Assembly: GCA_043803945.1 (NCBI GenBank)
Contig: JAZDJN010000048.1
Coordinates: 24,124 to 88,123, forward strand
Reading direction: 5' to 3'
Origin: a bacterium
GTDB lineage: Bacteria; Bacteroidota; Ignavibacteria; UBA10030
DNA length: 64,000 nucleotides
A program made the translations under genes and the position numbers. The notes beneath the pieces are model-generated. The model was not told the DNA's origin. It searched no databases and was given only the letters and a program-made list of their open reading frames with translations. Positions 48,268 to 56,366 of the stretch are shown here, piece after piece (position 1 is the stretch's first letter; each line of letters opens with the position of its first letter).

Positions 48268-51063
48268 CTAAAATGGATTAAAGGTAATTTCTATTTCATC
48301 CTTTAATCCAATATCAGCCAGTGATTGGCGAAGCTCATTTGTCAGGGCGCTTAACTTATCCGTTTGTCCATCCATCGTGATGGAAATATGTATACTCAAA
48401 TTTTCTGCATCTCTCACCTTAGGGAGAATTTTACTTCCAAATCGATTCCATAACTCAGGCGGAATGGAGCCACTCACCTGTAGTTGTACAATTGCTGCCG
48501 GCGTTATGATAGTTGAGATGGAAGTTGGCTCAAGACTCTCCTGTTCACCTCCAATGGGCGTTATCGGAGTTTCTACGATTGAAGATGAAGGAGGTACATT
48601 GCCGCTTTTGAGTTTTTCAGCCTTTTCCTTTTTTAGAAGAAACACATCCTTATCAAAAGCTACTTCTTCATGCGAGAGTGGTTCTTTGTACCATACATTT
48701 TGATATGTGCCATCCGGATTGCTCCCGGAAGCCAAACCAAAATCTCCCTTCTCAACGAATTCCGGAATTCTTATTGTCAGCATTTTATCGGGATCAATGA
48801 GCCGGGTGAGTGAGCCGTTGAGAAAGCTTTGACGCAATCCAAGCAGCGGCCATATTCCACTTTCCTTCAAGGCTGTAGGCCAATTACGTTCGAGGTACCC
48901 AACACCGACAGATTCATTGAGCAAACCCTCAGATCTAAGAGCTGTAATAATTCTTCCGGTGAGAGTTTCCAACCGGCTTCCATGACCGGCACTCAGGTCT
49001 ATTGCTTTCATTCCATCGCGGCTTTGAGGATCGAGAAGGTATGCAAAGCGATAGCTTGCCCAGACTTCATCACGTGCCTGTTCTTCAGCATCCTTCGAGT
49101 TGATTATGACCTTCTTCTTTTCATCCGGATCGAATTCTCCGCCCAATGTGCCTGTTGCGATTTCTTCCTGGACCCGATTCCAGGCAAGCCACATTTCGAC
49201 CTTTTCGCACAGTGCTCTTCCTGGCTTCCTTAGACACCACACAATCGAACCCGGATATATTCTCGGTGAGTTCCCTTTATTTCTGCACCAATCCTGAAGT
49301 TGTTTTCGTATGCCACTCTCTCCTTGTACGGAGCTGACCGAAGCATCGTTCCATTCAATATCTGGATCCATTACGGCAAGTGTAAGGCGTGGAGAATCGG
49401 GAACTGCAGAGCTCTCTTCCGGAAAGAGCTGCAGCGGAACAAGCGCCCCTTTTTCAAATTCCTTTTTGATGAGAGAACGAAGAACTTTCTTGACTTCATC
49501 ATCGCCGAGAGAAGCCTTTCTATCGTTCACAACCTTTTTCAGTGTCGGTTTGAAACCAAATTGGTAACCGTCGGTTCCAAATTTTCTCAGGAAGAACGAT
49601 CTCGATTCGAGTGTTGAGGCTCCTGTATCAATAGATGTCGTATCGATATTTGGTTCACCAAGAGCAAAGCGAAGCTCCGGAAGATGGGCAACTTTCTCAC
49701 GCATTCCTCCGGAAGATTCAAAGAATATTGCCGTTGCTAATCGCTGATGAATATCCTTCAACGGTCCCTTCGTATCGGCATCCAATGCTTTTGCATGAGA
49801 GAACTGACCTACAATATCAGAGTCTATTGCTGGAACAAGCCGTCCTTCACCGAGCTGGCCGATAACGGTCGCTTGAAAATCGGGTACGTGTAACGGGGCA
49901 GAACCGATGGTGATAAGAGCTTCTTTACGTGCTTTCGTAAAATTGTCTTTGTAGACCCACGATATCCATTGAGCAAGCATGGCAAGCGTACCGCGTGTTT
50001 GTTGATATTGTGGTAAAGTTTGCCATTTCCGCTGAAAGACAGAGAGTGTCGATGGATGGAAAGGATAGCACGACTCGAATCGATTTCTCAGGAACTCTTT
50101 TGCTTTCGTTTCTGTGTTTGCCGTATCAACCGTTGTCCATTCGAACGGTAATTCAGCACGACGTTCAAAACACCAATCGGAATATTCCTTCGCAACAGCT
50201 TTACGGATTGACTCCTTACCAATATCCTCGAATAGACGTCTCCGGACAACTTCACTGATTTCGGATTCATCATTTGCGATAAGGTCTTTGGCGACACGCC
50301 TGACCACTTTTGTGATCTTCTCCTGCCACTCCAAATCCTTCGACGTCATTTCGACCTGGCTTCGAGGAAGGCTTATAACTGTAGCACAATTCGTCACACC
50401 GGTCATGGCGACTGTGAGATTTTGGATGAAGGAGTGGAATGATTCTGCCATATCACGATGGCGGTTCATGAAGTTCAATACTTCATCAAAGAGGATAAGA
50501 ACGTTACCTCCGCCAATCTTGAAGAGCTGGGTAAGTGTATCAGTACCCGGGGGTGATGTCAGAGCTTTTAAACCAAGAGCTTCGACACCTTCCTTGCCTG
50601 CGATTTGAAAAGCGATATCTGTCCAAGGGGTTTCTCGTCCTGGTTTAGGATCCCACGCGTTTCCAACAAAGACTGCTACTTTTGCTTTGGGCGGTTCTGT
50701 AACACCAGCATCGGAAAGCAAAGCTTTGACATCTGTATTGCGAAAAGCAATCTCACCGTTTTTTGCTATGTGATAGAGCGCTGTAAGAGTGTGTGTTTTA
50801 CCGCCGCCAAATTGAGTGACGAGAGTGAGCACCGGTGAGGTGTTCTCAGTTTTGCCAGACAACCGACGCTCAACCATTCCGGCGTGTTCACGAAGTGCAC
50901 GTGTGAAGTATGTGCGCGAGAAGAATTTCTCTGCATCCCGATAATCGAGCGGTGCAGTGCCTGCCACTACCTGCTCGAGCGCGATTGCAAATTCATCGGG
51001 ATTGAATGAGCGTCCTTCGCGGACCTCTGCTCGTGGTGTTGCTACTTTATACCAGGGTTCCAT
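48268..51063 (-). CDS. DUF499-family AAA+ ATPase
   Basis: PW..VATPR.EV..G, T.FGGGKTH Walker A, ILFDE Walker B, YPFHP, QQTRGTL. Confidence 0.9.
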   Translation of the reverse strand: MEPWYKVATPRAEVREGRSFNPDEFAIALEQVVAGTAPLDYRDAEKFFSRTYFTRALREHAGMVERRLSGKTENTSPVLTLVTQFGGGKTHTLTALYHIAKNGEIAFRNTDVKALLSDAGVTEPPKAKVAVFVGNAWDPKPGRETPWTDIAFQIAGKEGVEALGLKALTSPPGTDTLTQLFKIGGGNVLILFDEVLNFMNRHRDMAESFHSFIQNLTVAMTGVTNCATVISLPRSQVEMTSKDLEWQEKITKVVRRVAKDLIANDESEISEVVRRRLFEDIGKESIRKAVAKEYSDWCFERRAELPFEWTTVDTANTETKAKEFLRNRFESCYPFHPSTLSVFQRKWQTLPQYQQTRGTLAMLAQWISWVYKDNFTKARKEALITIGSAPLHVPDFQATVIGQLGEGRLVPAIDSDIVGQFSHAKALDADTKGPLKDIHQRLATAIFFESSGGMREKVAHLPELRFALGEPNIDTTSIDTGASTLESRSFFLRKFGTDGYQFGFKPTLKKVVNDRKASLGDDEVKKVLRSLIKKEFEKGALVPLQLFPEESSAVPDSPRLTLAVMDPDIEWNDASVSSVQGESGIRKQLQDWCRNKGNSPRIYPGSIVWCLRKPGRALCEKVEMWLAWNRVQEEIATGTLGGEFDPDEKKKVIINSKDAEEQARDEVWASYRFAYLLDPQSRDGMKAIDLSAGHGSRLETLTGRIITALRSEGLLNESVGVGYLERNWPTALKESGIWPLLGLRQSFLNGSLTRLIDPDKMLTIRIPEFVEKGDFGLASGSNPDGTYQNVWYKEPLSHEEVAFDKDVFLLKKEKAEKLKSGNVPPSSSIVETPITPIGGEQESLEPTSISTIITPAAIVQLQVSGSIPPELWNRFGSKILPKVRDAENLSIHISITMDGQTDKLSALTNELRQSLADIGLKDEIEITFNPF

Positions 51064-51099
51064 TAGTTTTTGCTTTCTTTCTCTTTCGACAGGAAAACA

Positions 51100-51600
51100 C
51101 TAACCAATTCTCACTGCAAGAGCTCGTAGCATATCGAATGTGTTGACTGATTGCACACCAAATTGTCTGCAGATGTTAGGGATTGGTATCTTTTTCTTCA
51201 CCTGTGGATCGAGGGTCTCGTTCGTTGTAACGATATAATCCTTAGCTTTAGCATATGCAACAAGCCAACCATCTGGATCGTTGTCGGCAAACCTTGCTTT
51301 AGCTGCATCCATAAATTGATGGTTATTGAGCGCCCAGTTCACAATATCCCTGTACGCGGCTATCACATCTGCGTCATCCGTCGATAAAAAGGAGTGACTG
51401 AGGTTGCCTTGAGTTATCCATTCTGCCAGTCTATCATTTCCTGCTACGAGTTGTTCCCTGATTCGATCAATGCTTGCGATCTGGTGATCATCAGCTAACC
51501 TTGTAAGATTATCCCAGAAGGATGGAACTAAATCAAAAGCGTAATAATTACGTGCTGCTGTGATGAATACGTCGGCGTCAAGTAGGTAATGGTGAGGCAT
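51100..51600 (-). CDS. DUF4411 family PIN-like protein
   Basis: YLLDADVFI.A...YY.FD..P.FW, D.WLVAYA, KIPIPNIC; TAATG overlap with the IrrE gene. Confidence 0.88.
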   Translation of the reverse strand: MPHHYLLDADVFITAARNYYAFDLVPSFWDNLTRLADDHQIASIDRIREQLVAGNDRLAEWITQGNLSHSFLSTDDADVIAAYRDIVNWALNNHQFMDAAKARFADNDPDGWLVAYAKAKDYIVTTNETLDPQVKKKIPIPNICRQFGVQSVNTFDMLRALAVRIG

Positions 51601-52754
51601 TAACCTGCATACTCCCCAAGAATTCTCGATGCGAATTCATCATATGTCTTTCCTCGCAAACTCGTAAGCTTGAACGCTTCGGTATAAAGCAGTTTTCCTT
51701 CTCTTGTTGCTCGAATGATCCTCTCGGCGAAGGAACGCCCTACGCGCCTTGCTTGTGTTGCATAGAAATCGCCACCATCTTCTGTTTCTTCTCTTTTTCT
51801 ATGCTCATCAGTCAGGTATGCTTCATAAAAGAGGAAGAATTCATTCCGAGTAATAAGACCAAGATCTTTTGCTCGACGTGCAGCAACAAGTGCACTTACT
51901 TTGAAATGCCGCGCGATAGATTGAAACGGTTCTGCGTTTCCACGGACGGAAGTCCAAAGAGCTCGTAACTCGACTTCAGGTACAAGAAGTTCAGCCGCAA
52001 CTCGATTACAGGCCTGTTCAATCTCATTGTCTGCCGGTTCAAGCCTTCGCAGATCGAATGCAGCACTCTGACCAAGCCAAATGTGAGCAATCTCATGGGC
52101 GAGTGTGAACATCTGAGCCGCTTTACCATCTCTCGCGTTGATGAAAACGAGCGGTGCATATTCATCCACTAGAGTAAAACCACGAAACTCCTCGACCTTC
52201 AGTGGCCGACGGTTATTATTTCCGACAACACCATTTGCCATGACAAGAATGCCAGCACTCTCCACAGCACTCTCCAGTGCACGAAGACCTTCCTGCCAGG
52301 TTGCTTTTGAGGCTGCCCACTCTGCGCTCAGTCCTAGTGTTGTGCGAATATCCTGGGCTACTAATTTTGGATCTTTGCCTAAAGCGGCAGAATTCACAAA
52401 CCATAAAGGTGGACTGCCTTCTTCTTGAAGAAATTCTCGTACATACTCCTGGCGTACCTGCATCGTGTGAACAGTGTCCAGCAGTTCAGGGCTTGGCCTT
52501 CGCGGAACCTGCTCGACGACCGTGCGATAATGCGGAATCGGTAAACGCTCCTCAGGGGGCGCAGGAAGGAAGAAATAGCCGAACGGGGCATGAGTCGCAC
52601 GAGCGAAAGATTCAAGTTGATGAAGAGTCGGATCAATACTCCCCTTTAACCATTCGGTATACTTCGGAAAACGAATCTCGATAATCTCTTCGCTTAACTC
52701 AGAGCGTTCCACTGCCCAGAGTAAGATATCTTTATTTACGGCGACTCTTGCCAT
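51600..52754 (-). CDS. HTH-ImmA/IrrE family metallopeptidase
   Basis: N-terminal HTH (PTLHQLE.FA), FRGF, FTLAHEIAH (HExxH), E..CN.VAAE.L.P. Confidence 0.92.
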   Translation of the reverse strand: MARVAVNKDILLWAVERSELSEEIIEIRFPKYTEWLKGSIDPTLHQLESFARATHAPFGYFFLPAPPEERLPIPHYRTVVEQVPRRPSPELLDTVHTMQVRQEYVREFLQEEGSPPLWFVNSAALGKDPKLVAQDIRTTLGLSAEWAASKATWQEGLRALESAVESAGILVMANGVVGNNNRRPLKVEEFRGFTLVDEYAPLVFINARDGKAAQMFTLAHEIAHIWLGQSAAFDLRRLEPADNEIEQACNRVAAELLVPEVELRALWTSVRGNAEPFQSIARHFKVSALVAARRAKDLGLITRNEFFLFYEAYLTDEHRKREETEDGGDFYATQARRVGRSFAERIIRATREGKLLYTEAFKLTSLRGKTYDEFASRILGEYAG

Positions 52755-52836
52755 TTTTTTATGGAGTTTTCTTATTGATATATCTGAATAATAATCTACA
52801 AAACGATTACAGCATTGGCAAAATCATAATCTCACT

Positions 52837-55800
52837 CTATCGCCTTGGTACAGCAAGCAACATCGCATCCAACAACCGTTTCTCTTCAGAGTTTTTAGGA
52901 TACAAGGCTGAGAGCGCATTTGCGAGACGCACAAAATCGGGACTGCGTTTTTGCTCAGCTTCGATGAGGGCTTTGAGGGCTGCGGATTTACCGCTTGCCT
53001 GCAAAAGCATTGCCGCGTGGACACGGTCGAGCGTAGTCGCTTCGCGAGTTGAAGGTTCATCGTTCAAGGTTGAATGTTTCCTTTTTAACTTTGAGCCTTT
53101 AACTTTCAACTTTGGACTTGTAATTTCAAACGGTTCATCCCCCGGAAAGAGTATCATCTGTGATTTATCGGGTGAGCGCTCAAGCTTTGCAGCAATTTCG
53201 GACGATCCTTTCTCTCCAAACAATTGTAGTGCCCTTTCTTTTACAGGAAGAAGACGAACAACTCCTTTTTCTATTTCAATGATACGCCCCTTCCATTGTT
53301 CGAGGTCGATGCCGAGCGGTTGGGCAAAGCGACGTGCAACATCAAACTGCAGAGAGTAGCCGGATTTACGATTGCCGAATGTCGATTGCCGATTATCATC
53401 GTCTTCCTCATCTTCGGCATCGCCTGTATCTGTGTTATCAGTGTAATCAGTGGTCGCTGTGGACATCAGAGTCCATAAGAAAAGCGCTGTAAGACGGGCA
53501 TCTTCCTCCAAAACACCTGATGCGCCATTTATGGTGAGCGAAGTCGAACCTTTCCGGGCGCGAGCTTCGGCTGTGCCAAGGATTTGCTCAAGCGCGGTAC
53601 GTCCAACGACTTCCCACACTTTTTCTAAGTACTCTGCAAGCTCGACCGTTCTTCCTTCAGCGGTCTCAACTCGTTCATAACGACTAAAGAGCTCGAGTGC
53701 TGGACCGATGCAAGAAAAAACAAGGTCTGCTCCGTGGATGCCTTCTTTGTCTAAGCGTTCCATCCAATCGCCAATGCGATCGGGAAGTTCACGAAGAATG
53801 TTTGACCAATCACCGACACCGGCACTCTGAGACCGAGGCCGACAAATGAGATGTACACTAGTACCTAATGCAGCTGAGTCCCTCGCTCTCAATCGATGTG
53901 CTTGCTCGGTCGCAATCGGCCAAGAGCCTGTAACTACCCAACCTCCCACCATCATTCCTGTCAAGAGTGCTTCCCACCCTTCAGTTGTTTTGTGGGCAAA
54001 GACTACACAACCAATACCATTATCAACGAGAATTCTCCTTCCTTCGGAGAACGCTATTGTCATCTGATTTTCAAAAAAAACCTTATCCTTGGGTATTCCA
54101 TTGAATTTCTGTGCCTCATCTTGAATGATCTCATCTGACTTTGGTGTTAGCGGATTTGTCATATCAAACGGATCCCGAAGCAATGAAAATCCTGTGAGGC
54201 TCCTTTTCATCCATACAAGAAAGAAATCAGATAATGAGGAATATGGGATCGCGTCATAATAAGGTGGGTCTGTAAACCAAGTAGTTACTGATTGATCTGC
54301 AAGGGGACTGGCTTGAGCTTTGGCAATTTGAGTGGTAGCACTTGCCATAATACCACGAACCGATTCAGCACCTGCAATCAAGTTACGCAAGCATACCTCG
54401 AAGCTAGCGCTTGAGCTTGATGTTGATACACCTTCTGCAAAATCCCAAGCGGGTTTCAAGCGTCCATTTGATAAAACATTGCGTGGACATTCGGCTATTG
54501 GTTCCCATGGACATATTGTGTTTGAAAGATCTGCAAGTTTACCTACCACCAGAGCCAGAAGTTTGCGTTCAGGCAAATCCTCATCAAGTTTAGAAATGGA
54601 ATTTGAAAGAGTTATTAATGCCAATTTTTGTCTCGCTGTAAACAAGTCGCTCCAATTGATCATTCCATATCTTTGCACCCTAAGACCAAGCGTACCTTGC
54701 GGTGGCAGCGTTTCATCTGGTATCACACTTAATCCATTCTCTAATTTCTCCGTCGAGAGTTGTCCTATTCTCTTCTTCGCCTTATCGATCGCATCAAAAT
54801 CTTGAGTTGTTGGCAATCTGTATTGTCGACCTGTTTCCTGTTCGACTAGCGTAACGACCGCGAGGAGACATGCATCGTCAGCACCACCATGTCGGGGAAA
54901 TAACTGTTGACTTACTCGCTCAACAGGAAGAATCGTGTTACAACAAAGACATTTGGCATTGCCTCGATCAACCGTACCCTTGGGGACATCGATATCTTTC
55001 TTTGGCTCAAATACTTCAAACTCTACTTTCGGAATACTATTTCTTCTTTTCAAAACAGAATATCGTAAAGCTTTTTTACGTTTCCCTTTTTTTGAAAGCC
55101 AAAAAGATCTTATTAATGGAATTTCAGCACCACAATTTGGCGATTCGCAGATTACTGTTCGTGCCCATAGATAAGCAATCGGTTTCGAACCATCTGGATC
55201 AGTGGGATAAAACTCTGCAAGTTCTTTTTCTGCTTCTGCTTTGATCTCTGCTCCAACACGCCGTAGCTCATCGGCAAGTTTCTTACCGTGCCGTGGTATA
55301 TCCTCAAGTAATACTTTCTCAATGAGACACGCCACCGGATTAAGATCACTGGCAAAAGCATCGCAACCAAGGCGGAGCGCTTCAAGGGGAATCGAACCAC
55401 CACCGGCAAATGGATCTACCACCAGCGGTGTCTCTTCCGGATGAGCGGCTTTTACAAGTCCACGTGCAATTTCAAGGTGCAATGGGCTTGCGGAGTGATC
55501 CCAGTTGGAAAACTCGGCGATGAACTTCAAAAGCAAAGAACGTAGGGTTAATGGTTGAAGGTTGAAAGTTTCAGGTTGAGGACTTTGAACATTCAACTTT
55601 GAACTCTCATCTTTATAGACTCCCGTATATCTTTTCGCCAACAACTCCGCCGCTTTTGTGATAAACTCTTCCGGGCAATGCTCATCACAAGGATCAGGCA
55701 GAAGCAATCCTAACAACACAGACCGGCATGCCGCTAACGGCCGCCGTGCCCACCACAGATGCAGCGTAGAGGGATGTCCGTGCCTTATAGACTTTTCTCG

Positions 55801-55872
55801 CGCCGATTGTTTGCTCACTTCTGCAATCGGGAAATCAACTTCTATGAGACGTTTGCACTCTTTTGGAATCAT
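52837..55872 (-). CDS. DUF1156 adenine DNA methyltransferase with Zn ribbon
   Basis: LHLWWARRPLAACR, DPFAGGGSIP, DLNPVA, C...C/C..C Zn ligands, FTDPPYYD. Confidence 0.93.
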   Translation of the reverse strand: MIPKECKRLIEVDFPIAEVSKQSAREKSIRHGHPSTLHLWWARRPLAACRSVLLGLLLPDPCDEHCPEEFITKAAELLAKRYTGVYKDESSKLNVQSPQPETFNLQPLTLRSLLLKFIAEFSNWDHSASPLHLEIARGLVKAAHPEETPLVVDPFAGGGSIPLEALRLGCDAFASDLNPVACLIEKVLLEDIPRHGKKLADELRRVGAEIKAEAEKELAEFYPTDPDGSKPIAYLWARTVICESPNCGAEIPLIRSFWLSKKGKRKKALRYSVLKRRNSIPKVEFEVFEPKKDIDVPKGTVDRGNAKCLCCNTILPVERVSQQLFPRHGGADDACLLAVVTLVEQETGRQYRLPTTQDFDAIDKAKKRIGQLSTEKLENGLSVIPDETLPPQGTLGLRVQRYGMINWSDLFTARQKLALITLSNSISKLDEDLPERKLLALVVGKLADLSNTICPWEPIAECPRNVLSNGRLKPAWDFAEGVSTSSSSASFEVCLRNLIAGAESVRGIMASATTQIAKAQASPLADQSVTTWFTDPPYYDAIPYSSLSDFFLVWMKRSLTGFSLLRDPFDMTNPLTPKSDEIIQDEAQKFNGIPKDKVFFENQMTIAFSEGRRILVDNGIGCVVFAHKTTEGWEALLTGMMVGGWVVTGSWPIATEQAHRLRARDSAALGTSVHLICRPRSQSAGVGDWSNILRELPDRIGDWMERLDKEGIHGADLVFSCIGPALELFSRYERVETAEGRTVELAEYLEKVWEVVGRTALEQILGTAEARARKGSTSLTINGASGVLEEDARLTALFLWTLMSTATTDYTDNTDTGDAEDEEDDDNRQSTFGNRKSGYSLQFDVARRFAQPLGIDLEQWKGRIIEIEKGVVRLLPVKERALQLFGEKGSSEIAAKLERSPDKSQMILFPGDEPFEITSPKLKVKGSKLKRKHSTLNDEPSTREATTLDRVHAAMLLQASGKSAALKALIEAEQKRSPDFVRLANALSALYPKNSEEKRLLDAMLLAVPRR
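53047..53122. repeat. In-frame heptamer inverted array (GGTTGAA...ACTTTGA family)
   Basis: agttgaa ggttcat cgttcaa ggttgaa ... actttga gccttta actttca actttgg. Confidence 0.75.
53363..53397. repeat. In-frame heptamer tandem array (GATTGCC family)
   Basis: gatttac gattgcc gaatgtc gattgcc gattatc. Confidence 0.75.
53428..53454. repeat. In-frame nonamer tandem array (encodes TTDYTDNTD)
   Basis: atctgtgtt atcagtgta atcagtggt. Confidence 0.7.
55546..55609. repeat. In-frame heptamer inverted array, second copy of the GGTTGAA family
   Basis: ggttaat ggttgaa ggttgaa agtttca ggttgag g actttga acattca actttga actctca. Confidence 0.78.
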
Positions 55873-55876
55873 AGGA

Positions 55877-55911
55877 AATTGCCGATTGTCGATTTGGGAT
55901 TTTCGATTGAT
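55877..55911. repeat. Heptamer tandem array (GATTGTC family) just upstream of the methyltransferase start
   Basis: aattgcc gattgtc gatttgg gattttc gattgat. Confidence 0.7.
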
Positions 55912-56166
55912 ATGCTTCTAATCGTTTTTATTATTGAAAGTCCTTTAAGATTGATTGTTTTTGCCACTAATCTACTCATAAGACTTGTTCATGAGCAGAT
56001 TAATTGCATCCTGAGCATATTCAACATTAATTGGCTCACCAAAGTATTTCGTGATCCCATTAATGGCTCAGTGAACCTATTCTTTCCAGTCGGCTGGCAA
56101 CCGCTTCCAGCGAAGTAACCAGCTCGTTAGCATTCAAATAAATAGAGGACCGAAAGTGAGTCAGTT

Positions 56167-56305
56167 TGTCCCTCAACATGTCCATCTCAATGATAATTAG
56201 TCGTTCATTTCCTTTGGAGATGGACATCATGTCCGGCAATGTGTCCATCTCGATAAAAACGTTAGTGTTTTAGGCCAGGGGGATGGACTTACTATTGTCA
56301 TGTCC
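56167..56305. repeat. TGTCC/GGACA motif cluster with two 63-bp-period inverted-repeat units
   Basis: TGTCCATCTC at 56179 and 56242, each followed after 28 nt by G(A/G)GATGGAC. Confidence 0.6.
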
Positions 56306-56366
56306 AATTGGATGTGACAAATACCGATTCTCATCGGTTAATATCTTGCTGTCCGAAAATTGCTGA

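Noticed and set aside
52748-53359. 203-aa plus-strand ORF and similar long antisense ORFs (e.g. 22139-22789, 15194-15796)
   Set aside because: They are shadows of well-supported genes on the opposite strand, with no motifs or RBS
56060-56248. 62-aa ORF in the defence-operon gap as a real gene (e.g. a DUF3780 substitute)
   Set aside because: It has a weak RBS and no recognisable motif, and it overlaps the TGTCC repeat cluster; not excluded but unsupported
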